This document shows, piece after piece, positions 20,375-29,400 of a DNA stretch of 52,777 nucleotides. The translations under genes and the position numbers were made by a program. Within the stretch, counting starts at the first letter, position 1. Each line of letters begins with the position of its first letter. This DNA is from Burkholderiales bacterium (GTDB taxonomy: Bacteria; Pseudomonadota; Gammaproteobacteria; Burkholderiales; Burkholderiaceae_C), in the NCBI GenBank assembly GCA_031389565.1, contig JANMSR010000254.1, positions 1 through 52,777 on the forward strand. The letters run 5' to 3'. The notes beneath the pieces are model-generated. The model was not told the origin of the DNA, did no database searches, and was given only the letters and a program-made list of their open reading frames with translations.

Positions 20375-22237
20375 TCACATGTCGATCTTGACAACCATCT
20401 CCTCGCCAAGCATGTCGATCAACTTGACCGCCACCGCTGCGCCCGGTGGCGGCGCGGGCAGTTCGTAGCGCCCGGCGACCAAGTCTTGCTTGCGAGCGGG
20501 TACGTCGGCCAGCGTGACATTGAAAACACGGCCGTCGTGGGCGGCGTCGATCAGCACGCAATCGACCATCGCACGCCAGTCGTTGACCTCGGCGCGCAGC
20601 ACGCCGTCCTGCAATTGCAGGCGCTGCAGGATCGACGGCGACACCACGTCTTCGACCGTGACAATGAGCTGGTCACCCCTGCGTAGCGCCGACACGCGCG
20701 CCGTCATCGGCTCGTGCCGAATCACGCCGCCGGCGCGGCGATCGGTGCGCAACTCGACGACTTGCACCTTGTTCACCGGCGAGGCCTTGTTGTGCTGATC
20801 GATCCATTGGCGTGCCGCCTGCTCGATGCCCAGGCAGACCAGCATCACGTCGCGCTCTTCCTGCGGGCGGTTCTTCAGCTCGTTGCGCAGCGCCTCGCAG
20901 TCGAGCGGCGACAGCGGGTGGTTGAGCGGCACCAGCTTGACGAGCTGGTTGCCGCAGATACCGTCGAAGAACGGGTCGGTGCGCGTGCGCGTGACGCCCA
21001 GGTGCTGGGCCACGAGTTCGGCGGCCTCGTTGTGCTGGATTTGCAGGTCGTAGTCGTTGACGCGCCAGGAGGTGAAGGCGCATTGGCAAGGTCGCGGCGC
21101 TTCGCCATCGGCTTCGACCAGCAAGGCCTGCTTGGCTGCCGATAGCGCAGCCACCTGTGCGGTCATCACGCCTTGCACCCGCTTGGCCGTGGTCTGGATC
21201 GCGCCCTTGTTGATGTCGCAGCCGATCCAGCGCCGGCCGAGTTTCTGTGCCACCGCGGCAGTGGTGCCGGAGCCGATGAAGCAGTCGAGGACGAGGTCAC
21301 CGCGGTCAGAACTCGAAGTAATGATCGCTTGCAGAATTTCCTCTCTCTTTTGCGTTGGGTAACCGGCGTTCTCGGTCTTGTCTGCCGGCTGAAGCATCGG
21401 GACCACCCAAACGTCATCGAGCGTCTTTTCATCGCTTTCGATGTAGACCAAGTTACCCGACGCATCCTTCACATTTACCAACGAACCCGTCGCGCTGTCC
21501 CAACGACGTGCCAGCTGGCTCACTACCTCTGGCCGCTCAACCTTGATCTTTCGGTAGGGGGGTTTGCCGGTCGCGTAGCAGTAGATCAGATCGTGATTGG
21601 ATGCGAATCGATTGATGTTCCCTTGAAACTTGTTCCAGTACCACCAGACGATTTCGTTGCGAAAGGCTTCTGGACCAAACACTTCGTCGAGAAGACAGCG
21701 CAGGTAATGCCCTCGCTTCGGATCACAGTGCAGAAAGATTGCACCGTCCTCGGCAAGAAGGTCCTTGAGCATCAACAACCGCTCGTACATGAACTGCAAG
21801 TAGTTGTCGTTGCTCCAGATGTCCGTGTACTGGACTTGCTCGCCGAGCGCGTAGTCTTCGCCGTCGATCTTCAAAGTTCCCTTGGGCCCACGCAACTGCA
21901 CCTTGCGCACGTAGTCGGCGCCGCTGTCGAACGGCGGGTCGATGTAGATCAGCTTGACCTTGCCGCGAAAGCCGTTGGCCAGCAGGTACGCCAGCACGTC
22001 CTTGTTGTCGCCATGAAAGAGCAGGCCGCCGCGCTCCTGCGCCGCCGGCCAGCCGGACCAGTCGGCGACGCCGAGCGGCAAGCCAGCCGTGCGGGGCACG
22101 GCAAAGCGCTCGATCAATTGCGCCGGGTACGCCGTGACACGGCCGAGCGGCTTCTTGCCCACCCAGGTGAGCATCGGGCGGCCCTTGGCGCGGGCCACGG
22201 TGACAGGTGTCTGGGCATACTTCGGGTCGGTGCTCAT
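20375..22237 (-). CDS. mod: Site-specific DNA methyltransferase (N6/N4, beta-class motif order), Type III Mod-like, with a ~255-aa C-terminal extension
   Basis: 620 aa. Motifs seen: N-terminal LTWVGKK, motif IV IYIDPPFDSG (aa 98-107), YPTQKREEIL, and motif I LVLDCFIGSGTTAAVAQKLGRRWIGCDIN (aa 316-344). I recognise no motif in aa ~365-620. Confidence 0.85.
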   Translation of the reverse strand: MSTDPKYAQTPVTVARAKGRPMLTWVGKKPLGRVTAYPAQLIERFAVPRTAGLPLGVADWSGWPAAQERGGLLFHGDNKDVLAYLLANGFRGKVKLIYIDPPFDSGADYVRKVQLRGPKGTLKIDGEDYALGEQVQYTDIWSNDNYLQFMYERLLMLKDLLAEDGAIFLHCDPKRGHYLRCLLDEVFGPEAFRNEIVWWYWNKFQGNINRFASNHDLIYCYATGKPPYRKIKVERPEVVSQLARRWDSATGSLVNVKDASGNLVYIESDEKTLDDVWVVPMLQPADKTENAGYPTQKREEILQAIITSSSDRGDLVLDCFIGSGTTAAVAQKLGRRWIGCDINKGAIQTTAKRVQGVMTAQVAALSAAKQALLVEADGEAPRPCQCAFTSWRVNDYDLQIQHNEAAELVAQHLGVTRTRTDPFFDGICGNQLVKLVPLNHPLSPLDCEALRNELKNRPQEERDVMLVCLGIEQAARQWIDQHNKASPVNKVQVVELRTDRRAGGVIRHEPMTARVSALRRGDQLIVTVEDVVSPSILQRLQLQDGVLRAEVNDWRAMVDCVLIDAAHDGRVFNVTLADVPARKQDLVAGRYELPAPPPGAAVAVKLIDMLGEEMVVKIDM

Positions 22238-22253
22238 GCGCAGTGCGTCGCTT

Positions 22254-22858
22254 TCAGTCTTTCTTGTTCAGGTCGGCCGTGAAGCCGATCGGGCGGCCCC
22301 TGCGCGGCGGCGTGGCGGTGAGTTGCCGGATCGCGTCGATCAGCCCGGCAATCGCCTGGTCGTGCGTGGACAGCTTGCGTTCCAGCTCGTCGAGCTTGGC
22401 CGCCAGCTCGCGGTGCGTGGCCAGGAACTCGCGCAATTGCACGAAGGCCCGCACGACGAACACGCTCATCTCGACCGCGCGCGGCGAATTGAGCACCGTG
22501 GCAGCCATCAACGCGCATGCTCGGTGAAGGCCCGAGGGGCGTAACGTCGGCCGCCGCGGGCGGTGGTGTTTGAGGTCACAGTTTGTGACCTCAAAGCGAG
22601 CGATTCGTCGGCGCTGAGCTGGAACATGAAGTCCGCCGGGAAGCGCTCCGCATTGCGCTTGACGGCCTGGTTCAGCGCCTTGGTCGGCACGCCGTACAGC
22701 TCGGCCAGGTCGGCGTCGAGCATCACCTTGTGGCCGCGGATGAGGTGGATGCGCCGCGCGAGCGCCGCCACGGCCAGGCCTTTGCCACGGCTCCCACTGT
22801 CTCCACCGTCGGACATCGTGTCAGCCCTCCCAGCCACATTGGCCATCGCGCGCGGCAT
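22254..22858 (-). pseudogene. ORF6N (KilA-N-related) domain gene split by a 1-nt frameshift
   Basis: The upstream piece ends ...[42 protein letters not shown]...[13 protein letters not shown]. The downstream piece starts MAATVLNSPRAVEMSVFVVRAFVQLRE. Together they read as one ORF6N-type protein if one base is restored near 22515-22516. Confidence 0.7.
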
Positions 22859-25567
22859 CTAACCGCGGCCCAGCATGAAGTCGCGCACCTGCGGTTTGCC
22901 TTCGTCGAGCAGTTGCTGGTTGGCGAACATTACATGGTAGGCGAGGCGATCGGGGTTCAGGTGCTCCCAGCGCTTGAGCGCCACCGCCTTGCGGCCCTCG
23001 AGGCTTTGCGCCTCGTCACCTGCGGCCAGGCGGGCAAGGTCGGCGCGGACCGCCGGGCTGTGGCGGTCGTCTTTGACCTCGACCACGAGGTGCTTGCCAT
23101 CGCTGCGGCGAATCACGAAATCGGGTGTGTAGCGATGCCAGCGTCCATCGTCGCCCAGGTACTCGGCGAACAGGTCGGTCTTGGCGGGGTCGGTCAGGCC
23201 GCCGGTGAACCAAAGGCCCTCGACGCGGTGCTCGTTGTCGCGCAGCACCGCCAGCGCCCATTGCAGGAATTCACGCTCTGGCCCGGAGTCGAAGTTGTAG
23301 CCCTCGTAGTGGAAGCTGGTGGCCAGCGCCTGCGCGGTGTCGCCAGTGTCGGCCGCCAGCAGGTACAGGGGCTCGCGATCCTTCGTGAAGCTGATGCGCG
23401 CGGTGTAGACAGGGCCCTGCGGGGTGTCTGTCAGGTCAAATCCCTCGGGCCTGACCAGGGCCACGGCGACGTCGATTTCCTCGATCCAGGGCTCGTAGTC
23501 GGATCGCTGGGCTTCGACCTGGGCGCCGAGCGCATCGAGGTGATGCGCCGGCACGGCGACACCGCCATAGCAGGCCTGCAATGCGTGCAGCACCTCGCCG
23601 GTCGGCAGATGGTAGTTCGCCGCCAGTTGTGCCGCGGCCGTCCAGGGCGTGCACACGGGCGGCACGTACGCTGGTGCCACTTCCTCGCCAGCATCGAGCC
23701 GCTGCAGGCGCGTGATGCCCGCCGCTGTTTCGACCGGCGTGTAGGTTTCAACCACGGGCGCGGCGGGCGCGGGCAGCTCGGGCTGGGTGAAGCGCAACGG
23801 CTCGGTACGCCCCTCCTCAGCCCTGCGGCGCACGCGCAGCACGCGCCGTTTGATCAGCAGCGGTGGCAGCGCCGGCCGGTGCAGCACAATGTCCTTGTGC
23901 ACACGGTCCGCATGCTTGGCGCCGAGTTCGTGCAACGAGGTGCCATAGGTTTCTGAAAGCTGATCCTCGAGCGTCTTGCGGTTGCTGTGAGTCAGGTACA
24001 CGCGCGCTGGCAGGGTGTTGCCGGGCACCTGGCGCAGGCATCGCGTGGCCGCCTGCAGCACGAAGTTGTTGCTGGTGGCGAGCTTTCGCACCAGCGCGCA
24101 GGCGAACAGGCTCGGGCAGTTCCAACCCTCGGTGCCCATGTTGACCAGCAGCAGCACGCGGTGCGGCGCCGTGGCGTCGCGCGTCAGCGCCTCGAAAGCG
24201 CGCCTCGTCGCGTCGCTGCTCTTGTTGTCCACCACCAGCACTGTGTCACCGCCGATGCCACGCAGGGCAAGCGCAGCATCGAGCGCCGGCCGCAGCGCGT
24301 CGCGGGTTTCGAGGTTGGGGAAGTACAGCGCCAGACGCGCCGGCGCGCCGTCTGGCAGGCGCACTTCGCCGTAGCTGCCGAAGAAGTCGTCGATCACCTG
24401 CGCGACCAACTCACCACCCTCGTCTTCGAGGTCGAAGACTTTGATGCTGCTGGCCAGCTCCTTGAGCACGCCGTCGCGGATGCCTTCGCCCAGGCCATAC
24501 CAGACCACCACATCGCGTAGCGGTTGGCGCTGGAAATACGGCGTGCCGGTGGCATTGACGACGACGATCAGGTTGGTGTTCTGGCCGAGGAAGTCGATCG
24601 TGCGGCGCACCTTCTTGATGCCGTCGTCCCTGAAAACGTCGCGCCCGGTGGTCTTGTCCTTCTCCCAGCGGCCAAGCAGCTTCTGTCCGTAGGTGTGGTG
24701 CGCCTCGTCGGAAAACACCGCCAGGTGCGGCAACGAAGCGATTTTCAGCAGGCGCCGATTGGCCAACTCAGTCACCGCCTCGTCGCGGCCTGCGAAGAAC
24801 ATCTGCGGCAGGCCATTGCTGCGCGTCGGTGGCTTCTGGATGCGAATCTTCTCGGTGTTGGTGACGATCAGGTTGAACAGGCTGCCGGCGATCACAGGGA
24901 TATCGCTGTCGCCGTCGCGCGTGAAAGTGAGCTTGAAGCTGGCGGCAAAGGGCTTGTGCAGCCGCGGCGGCAGCACGCGCTCGAACGGCACCTCGGCCAG
25001 TTCACGAAGGGCGCCGAGGATGGTCTTGCCCGGCGCGAAGATCAGCGCGTTCTGGACGAAGGGGCCGTCCGGATACTCCAACGCCAGCGCGAATTCGGTG
25101 GCGACGATCGCGCCCATCAGAATCGTTTTACCGGCGCCCATCGCCAAGGCCAAGATGTAGCTCGGGTAGTCGAGTGACAGCGTCTCACGGAGCGATTCGA
25201 GGCCGTGCTGCCTGACAAACGCGTCGTCGGCGCGAACGCGCTCGAGCACGCCCAGCAAGCTGGTGTCGGCAATCAGTTCGACGATTTCCGTTGAGATCAA
25301 CCCCATCGCCGCGCGGCGTTCGCGCGCCGACGCGAACAACTGCTCGTAGAGCACGGGAACTGTCGGTGTGCCGAGCACCGCGCGCAGGTACCAATAGGTT
25401 TCGAGCGCACGAAACTGCGCCGCGCGCAGGAAGCGAAGTTGTCCGACCGATTGCTCGTCGGTAGCGAAATCGAGGACTTCGCGCAGCGCGGGATAGGCGT
25501 CGCAGGGATAGCCGGCAGCCCGCCAGCCATCGACACGGGCGGCCAGCGCCTGAAACAAATGCGTCAT
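22859..25567 (-). CDS. res: Restriction-enzyme Res-like subunit: SF2 DEAH helicase with a C-terminal PD-(D/E)xK nuclease
   Basis: 902 aa from MTHLFQ (ATG at 25567). Motifs seen: Walker A LAMGAGKTILM, VFSDEAHHT (DEAH), VNATGTP, NMGTEGWNCP, QAATRCLRQ, and the C-terminal YTPDFVIRRSDGKHLVVEVKD nuclease motif. Confidence 0.85.
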   Translation of the reverse strand: MTHLFQALAARVDGWRAAGYPCDAYPALREVLDFATDEQSVGQLRFLRAAQFRALETYWYLRAVLGTPTVPVLYEQLFASARERRAAMGLISTEIVELIADTSLLGVLERVRADDAFVRQHGLESLRETLSLDYPSYILALAMGAGKTILMGAIVATEFALALEYPDGPFVQNALIFAPGKTILGALRELAEVPFERVLPPRLHKPFAASFKLTFTRDGDSDIPVIAGSLFNLIVTNTEKIRIQKPPTRSNGLPQMFFAGRDEAVTELANRRLLKIASLPHLAVFSDEAHHTYGQKLLGRWEKDKTTGRDVFRDDGIKKVRRTIDFLGQNTNLIVVVNATGTPYFQRQPLRDVVVWYGLGEGIRDGVLKELASSIKVFDLEDEGGELVAQVIDDFFGSYGEVRLPDGAPARLALYFPNLETRDALRPALDAALALRGIGGDTVLVVDNKSSDATRRAFEALTRDATAPHRVLLLVNMGTEGWNCPSLFACALVRKLATSNNFVLQAATRCLRQVPGNTLPARVYLTHSNRKTLEDQLSETYGTSLHELGAKHADRVHKDIVLHRPALPPLLIKRRVLRVRRRAEEGRTEPLRFTQPELPAPAAPVVETYTPVETAAGITRLQRLDAGEEVAPAYVPPVCTPWTAAAQLAANYHLPTGEVLHALQACYGGVAVPAHHLDALGAQVEAQRSDYEPWIEEIDVAVALVRPEGFDLTDTPQGPVYTARISFTKDREPLYLLAADTGDTAQALATSFHYEGYNFDSGPEREFLQWALAVLRDNEHRVEGLWFTGGLTDPAKTDLFAEYLGDDGRWHRYTPDFVIRRSDGKHLVVEVKDDRHSPAVRADLARLAAGDEAQSLEGRKAVALKRWEHLNPDRLAYHVMFANQQLLDEGKPQVRDFMLGRG

Positions 25568-25631
25568 GGGGCGCGATTGTGGCGTGACGGGCACCCGCCC
25601 CCCGAAATGCGGCGGTGGACGACGCGCCGCG

Positions 25632-26432
25632 CTACAGCCGACGGTGCGCCAGCGCCGGCAGTTGCTGGCGCACCGCGGCCAGGCGCTTCGCATCGACCTC
25701 GGCCAGCACCACGCCCTCGCCTTCGGGCCGCACCGCCAGCACCTCGCCCCAGGGGTCGACGACCATGCTGTGGCCCCAGGTGCGGCGGCCGTTCTCGTGC
25801 GTGCCGCCCTGCGCCGGCGCGATCACGTAGCACTGGTTCTCGACCGCGCGGGCGCGCAGCAGCAGTTCCCAATGCGCGCGTCCGGTCGTGTAGGTGAAGG
25901 CCGCGGGCACGCTCACCAGGTCGCACGGCAGCGTGCACAGTTGCCGGTACAGTTCGGGGAATCGCAGGTCGTAGCAGACCGACAGGCCCACCCTCAGTGC
26001 GCCGGCCTGAAAAGCCACCGGCTCGCTACCGGCTTCGAGCACGCGCGCCTCGTCGTAGCTCTCGCGGCCATTGTCGAATCGAAAGAGGTGGATCTTGTCG
26101 TAGCGCGCGGCCCTTGTGCCGTCGGGTGCGTAGACGCAGCAGGCGTTGCGCGCGCGGCCGGCCGTCGCAGTTTGCATCGGCAGCGTGCCGCCGATCAGCC
26201 ACAGCCCATGCAGCTTCGCCTGCGCCGCCAGGAAGGCCTGAATCGGCCCGTCGCCCGGTGCCTCGGCGATGCCCAGCTTGTCGTCGTCGCGCCAGCCCAT
26301 CAGGCAGAAATACTCGGGCAGTCCAACAAGCTCGGCGCCCTCGCGCGCGGCCTGCGCGATCAGCCGCGCCGCGGCCTCGAGATTGCGATCGAGGTCGGGT
26401 GTCGAGACGGTTTGCAGGGCAGCGATTTTCAT
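25632..26432 (-). CDS. Carbon-nitrogen hydrolase (nitrilase superfamily) protein
   Basis: 266 aa from MKIAALQTV (ATG at 26432). Glu-Lys-Cys triad contexts are GLPEYF, RYDKIHLF and LSVCYDLRFPE. The 676-aa track ORF is an upstream shadow-frame extension. Confidence 0.9.
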   Translation of the reverse strand: MKIAALQTVSTPDLDRNLEAAARLIAQAAREGAELVGLPEYFCLMGWRDDDKLGIAEAPGDGPIQAFLAAQAKLHGLWLIGGTLPMQTATAGRARNACCVYAPDGTRAARYDKIHLFRFDNGRESYDEARVLEAGSEPVAFQAGALRVGLSVCYDLRFPELYRQLCTLPCDLVSVPAAFTYTTGRAHWELLLRARAVENQCYVIAPAQGGTHENGRRTWGHSMVVDPWGEVLAVRPEGEGVVLAEVDAKRLAAVRQQLPALAHRRL

Positions 26433-26443
26433 GGCAATGCTCC

Positions 26444-29400
26444 TCACTGGCGCGGCGCCGACGCCGGCGCGGGTGGGTCGAGGTCGGGCAGCGGCGCGTC
26501 GAGTCTGCGCTCGACGCGTTCGACCTTCGGGTCGGCCCACGACCCTTGCACGGTGAACTCGCGGGTGCCGGCGGCCATCAGCGGGCGGCGCAGGAACATC
26601 TGGGCCAGAAAGCTGCCCAGGCCGACCGCCGGGTTGATCACGGCATAGGCCAGCGACGCGGTGCCCGCGTTGATTTCGGGCACCACCAACACACGCAGGT
26701 GCTGCGTCTCGCGCGCAATGTCGGCGCTGCCCTCCATCAGCACCGCGGCCTGCACGCCGCGCATGCGCAGGTTGTTGGTGCTGGCCACGCCGTCGTCGAT
26801 GGTCACGTCGCCGGTGACGTTGTCGAACGCGAAGCCTTCCTGGAACACGTCGCGGAAGTCGAGCAGCAGGCGCCGCGGCAGCGCCTGCAGGTTGAGCACC
26901 GACAGCAGGCGCCCGGCGCCGGGCCCGGCCTTGAGAAACTGGCCGGCGTCCAGGGCCAGCGTGAGGCGGCCGTCCAGGCTGGGCACATGCAGCGACAGCG
27001 GCGAGCCGGCCCAGGACAGTTGGCCGATCATGCGGCCCTTGCCGCCACGCAGCGTGCCGCCGAAGCCCATGCGCTCGAGCGCCGTGCCGCTGTCGGCCAG
27101 CTCGAGCTTGAAGTCCATCACCATGCGCTGCCGGCCTGGCCCGGCGCCCGGCTGCCACTGGCCGCTGCCGGTGAGTTGCGCAGCGGGGTTGCTGACTCCA
27201 AAGCGGCTCATGCGCCACTCGCGCGCACCGCCTTCGGCCGCGCGGTTGACGGCCTCGATCTCGACGCGGCCGAATTTCTTGCCGCGCAACTCGAAGTCGT
27301 CGACGACGATGTCCAGCGCCGGCACGCTGGCCGGCGCCTGCACCAGCAGGTTCTCTACCGATTCGGCGTCGGCCGGCGGCAGCGCCAGCCGGGCCAGCCG
27401 GGCGTAGACGCGGCCGGGGTTGGCGGCGCCGAGTGCTGCGCGGTACTCGATGTAGCCGCCGAGTTGATCGGCGTCGAGGTTGCCGCGCCAAGTGGCGTCG
27501 GCGCTGTCCTGGCTGACCCCTGCCACCAGGCGCGTCAGCTTGCGCCCGCCCGAGATCAGCGCCTGAGCGCGCAGCGCCACCGTGCGCGGCAGGTAGCCGT
27601 CGTCGACGCCCGCCGCGGCGCCGGGCTGAGTGCCCTGCAATCGGTCGGCCAGGGCCTGCCACGCATCGGCATCGATCGCCGGCAGGTTGAGCACCGCGTG
27701 CACGCCGCGCTCGGGCAGGGGCGGCAGGGCGTCGAGCACCGCGATCGCCCCGCGTTGCACCTGCGGCGTGTCGCGCGACAGGTCGCGCTGGTACTGCGCC
27801 TGGGCGACGTTGCCGAGCTCAACGCGCAGGGTGTCGCGCGCGGGCTCGCCGGCAGCGGTGACCGCCAGGCGTGACTCCGCGCGCAGCGGCCAGGCCGCCT
27901 CGGCGGCTTTTTTCAGCGGCGCTGGCAAGTCGATCGCCAACCCCGTCAACGGGCTGGTCAGCGTGAACTCGGGATGGCCGCGCACGATGCCGAGTGCCAG
28001 GCGGTAGGGTGTCTGGCCGCTCAGGTGGCCGGCCAGGCGTGACAGTGCGCCCAACTCGGGCGCGCGTCGCAGCGCCTCGGCGCTCGCCACGCCCTGACCG
28101 ACGAAGCGCAAGCTGCCGTCCGGCTGGGCGCCGCCATCGAAGGTGGCGTCGCCGCCGAGCACGCGCGCACTGCCGCCGGCGATCGAGAAACCCTGCTGAC
28201 TGAAATCGACCCGGGCCCTGGCGCCTGCCAGCAGCGGGGTCGTGGGGCCCAGGCGCACATCGTTGCCGGCGAACACGACGCGGCCTTGCGCGGTGGTGCG
28301 CGCCACGGCATTGATCGGGATCTCGAGCTTGAGGTTGAGCTCGGCGTCGCCGGTGGCGCTGGACTCGCGCAGGGCGTGGCCGGTCCAGCCACCGACCGGG
28401 GTGGCGTTGGCGTAGCGCAGCAGATCGGCCAGCGGACCCCGACCCTGGCCTTCGATACGCAGCACCGGATGCGCCAGGTCGGGGATCGCGCCGTTGACGC
28501 GCGTGAGCTCGACGCCGAACACCCGCGCGCTCGCGTTGCGGATCTCCATTGCGTTGCGGTCGAACACCAGTTCGCCATTGACCCGCGTGAACGCCGGCCA
28601 CGGCGAGACCCAGTCGGGCGTGCTCGGCACGTAGGCCAGCGTCACGTCTTCGGCGCGGGCGGTGATGCGGAATTCGCCGCTGGCATGGGCGGCCCTGGCC
28701 GATGCCGCAGCAGCGAACGGAAAGGCCCACAGGTCGCCCTTGACCTTGAAGGTCGCGCTGGCCACGCGGCCGTCGACCACCGCGTGCCGAACGTAGCGGC
28801 GCGCCGCGTCGTGCACGCCCAGCGGCAGGTAGCGTGCCACCGCCGCGGCGCGACCGCGCGACAGGCTGCCGGCCATCTCCAGCCGGCCCGGCAGGCGCGC
28901 ACTGCGACCGTGGCCGCTGCCGACGCCGCTGGCGGTGCCAGTGGCGATGCCGGTCTGCCAGCGCGCGACACTCAACTCACCCTGCGCATCGGCGTTGGCG
29001 AATCGCGTGTCGGCGAGCGTGACTTCCAACGCCGGCGGCGCGCCGGCCTCGGCCGCGGCGCGGATGCGCCAGGCCAGTTGCGTCGAGAAAGTGTCGAAAC
29101 TGAGCTCGGCTTGCTCCAACACCCCGGGCAAGACCAGCGCACCCTTGTCGAGCACGAGGCGGGCCTTGCCGCCGGCTTCGTTGGCGTCGAGATCGATCGC
29201 CGCATTGCGCCAGCCGGGCCGGCCGACGCCGCCGGGTTCCGGCGACGGCGCGGCGGCGATGGCCAGGCCGGCCACGCTTGCCTTGACCTGGTAGCGCGAC
29301 GGGGCGTCGAGCGCACCGTCCCAGCGCGCCGTCAGCGCACTGACCTGCCCGGTGGGTGCAAGCTCGGCCAGCAGCTTGGCCAGCGCCGCGCCGAGCGGCA

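Noticed and set aside
21557-21562. G6/C6 homopolymer inside mod (codons AAA CCC CCC TAC) as a phase-variation switch
   Set aside because: Six residues is shorter than the tracts typical of phase-variable Type III mod genes. No other simple-sequence repeat was seen in mod or res.
20343-25631. Flanking repeats or att sites for the R-M island
   Set aside because: The only match is an 8-9 nt inverted similarity (GCCCCATG...CGCA) between the two borders. That is too short to distinguish from chance in GC-rich DNA.
25632-27662. 676-aa ORF extending the C-N hydrolase far upstream into yhdP
   Set aside because: The N-terminal ~410 residues are Arg/Pro/Gly shadow frame over yhdP. The hydrolase fold and the Glu-Lys-Cys triad begin at MKIAALQ (26432).
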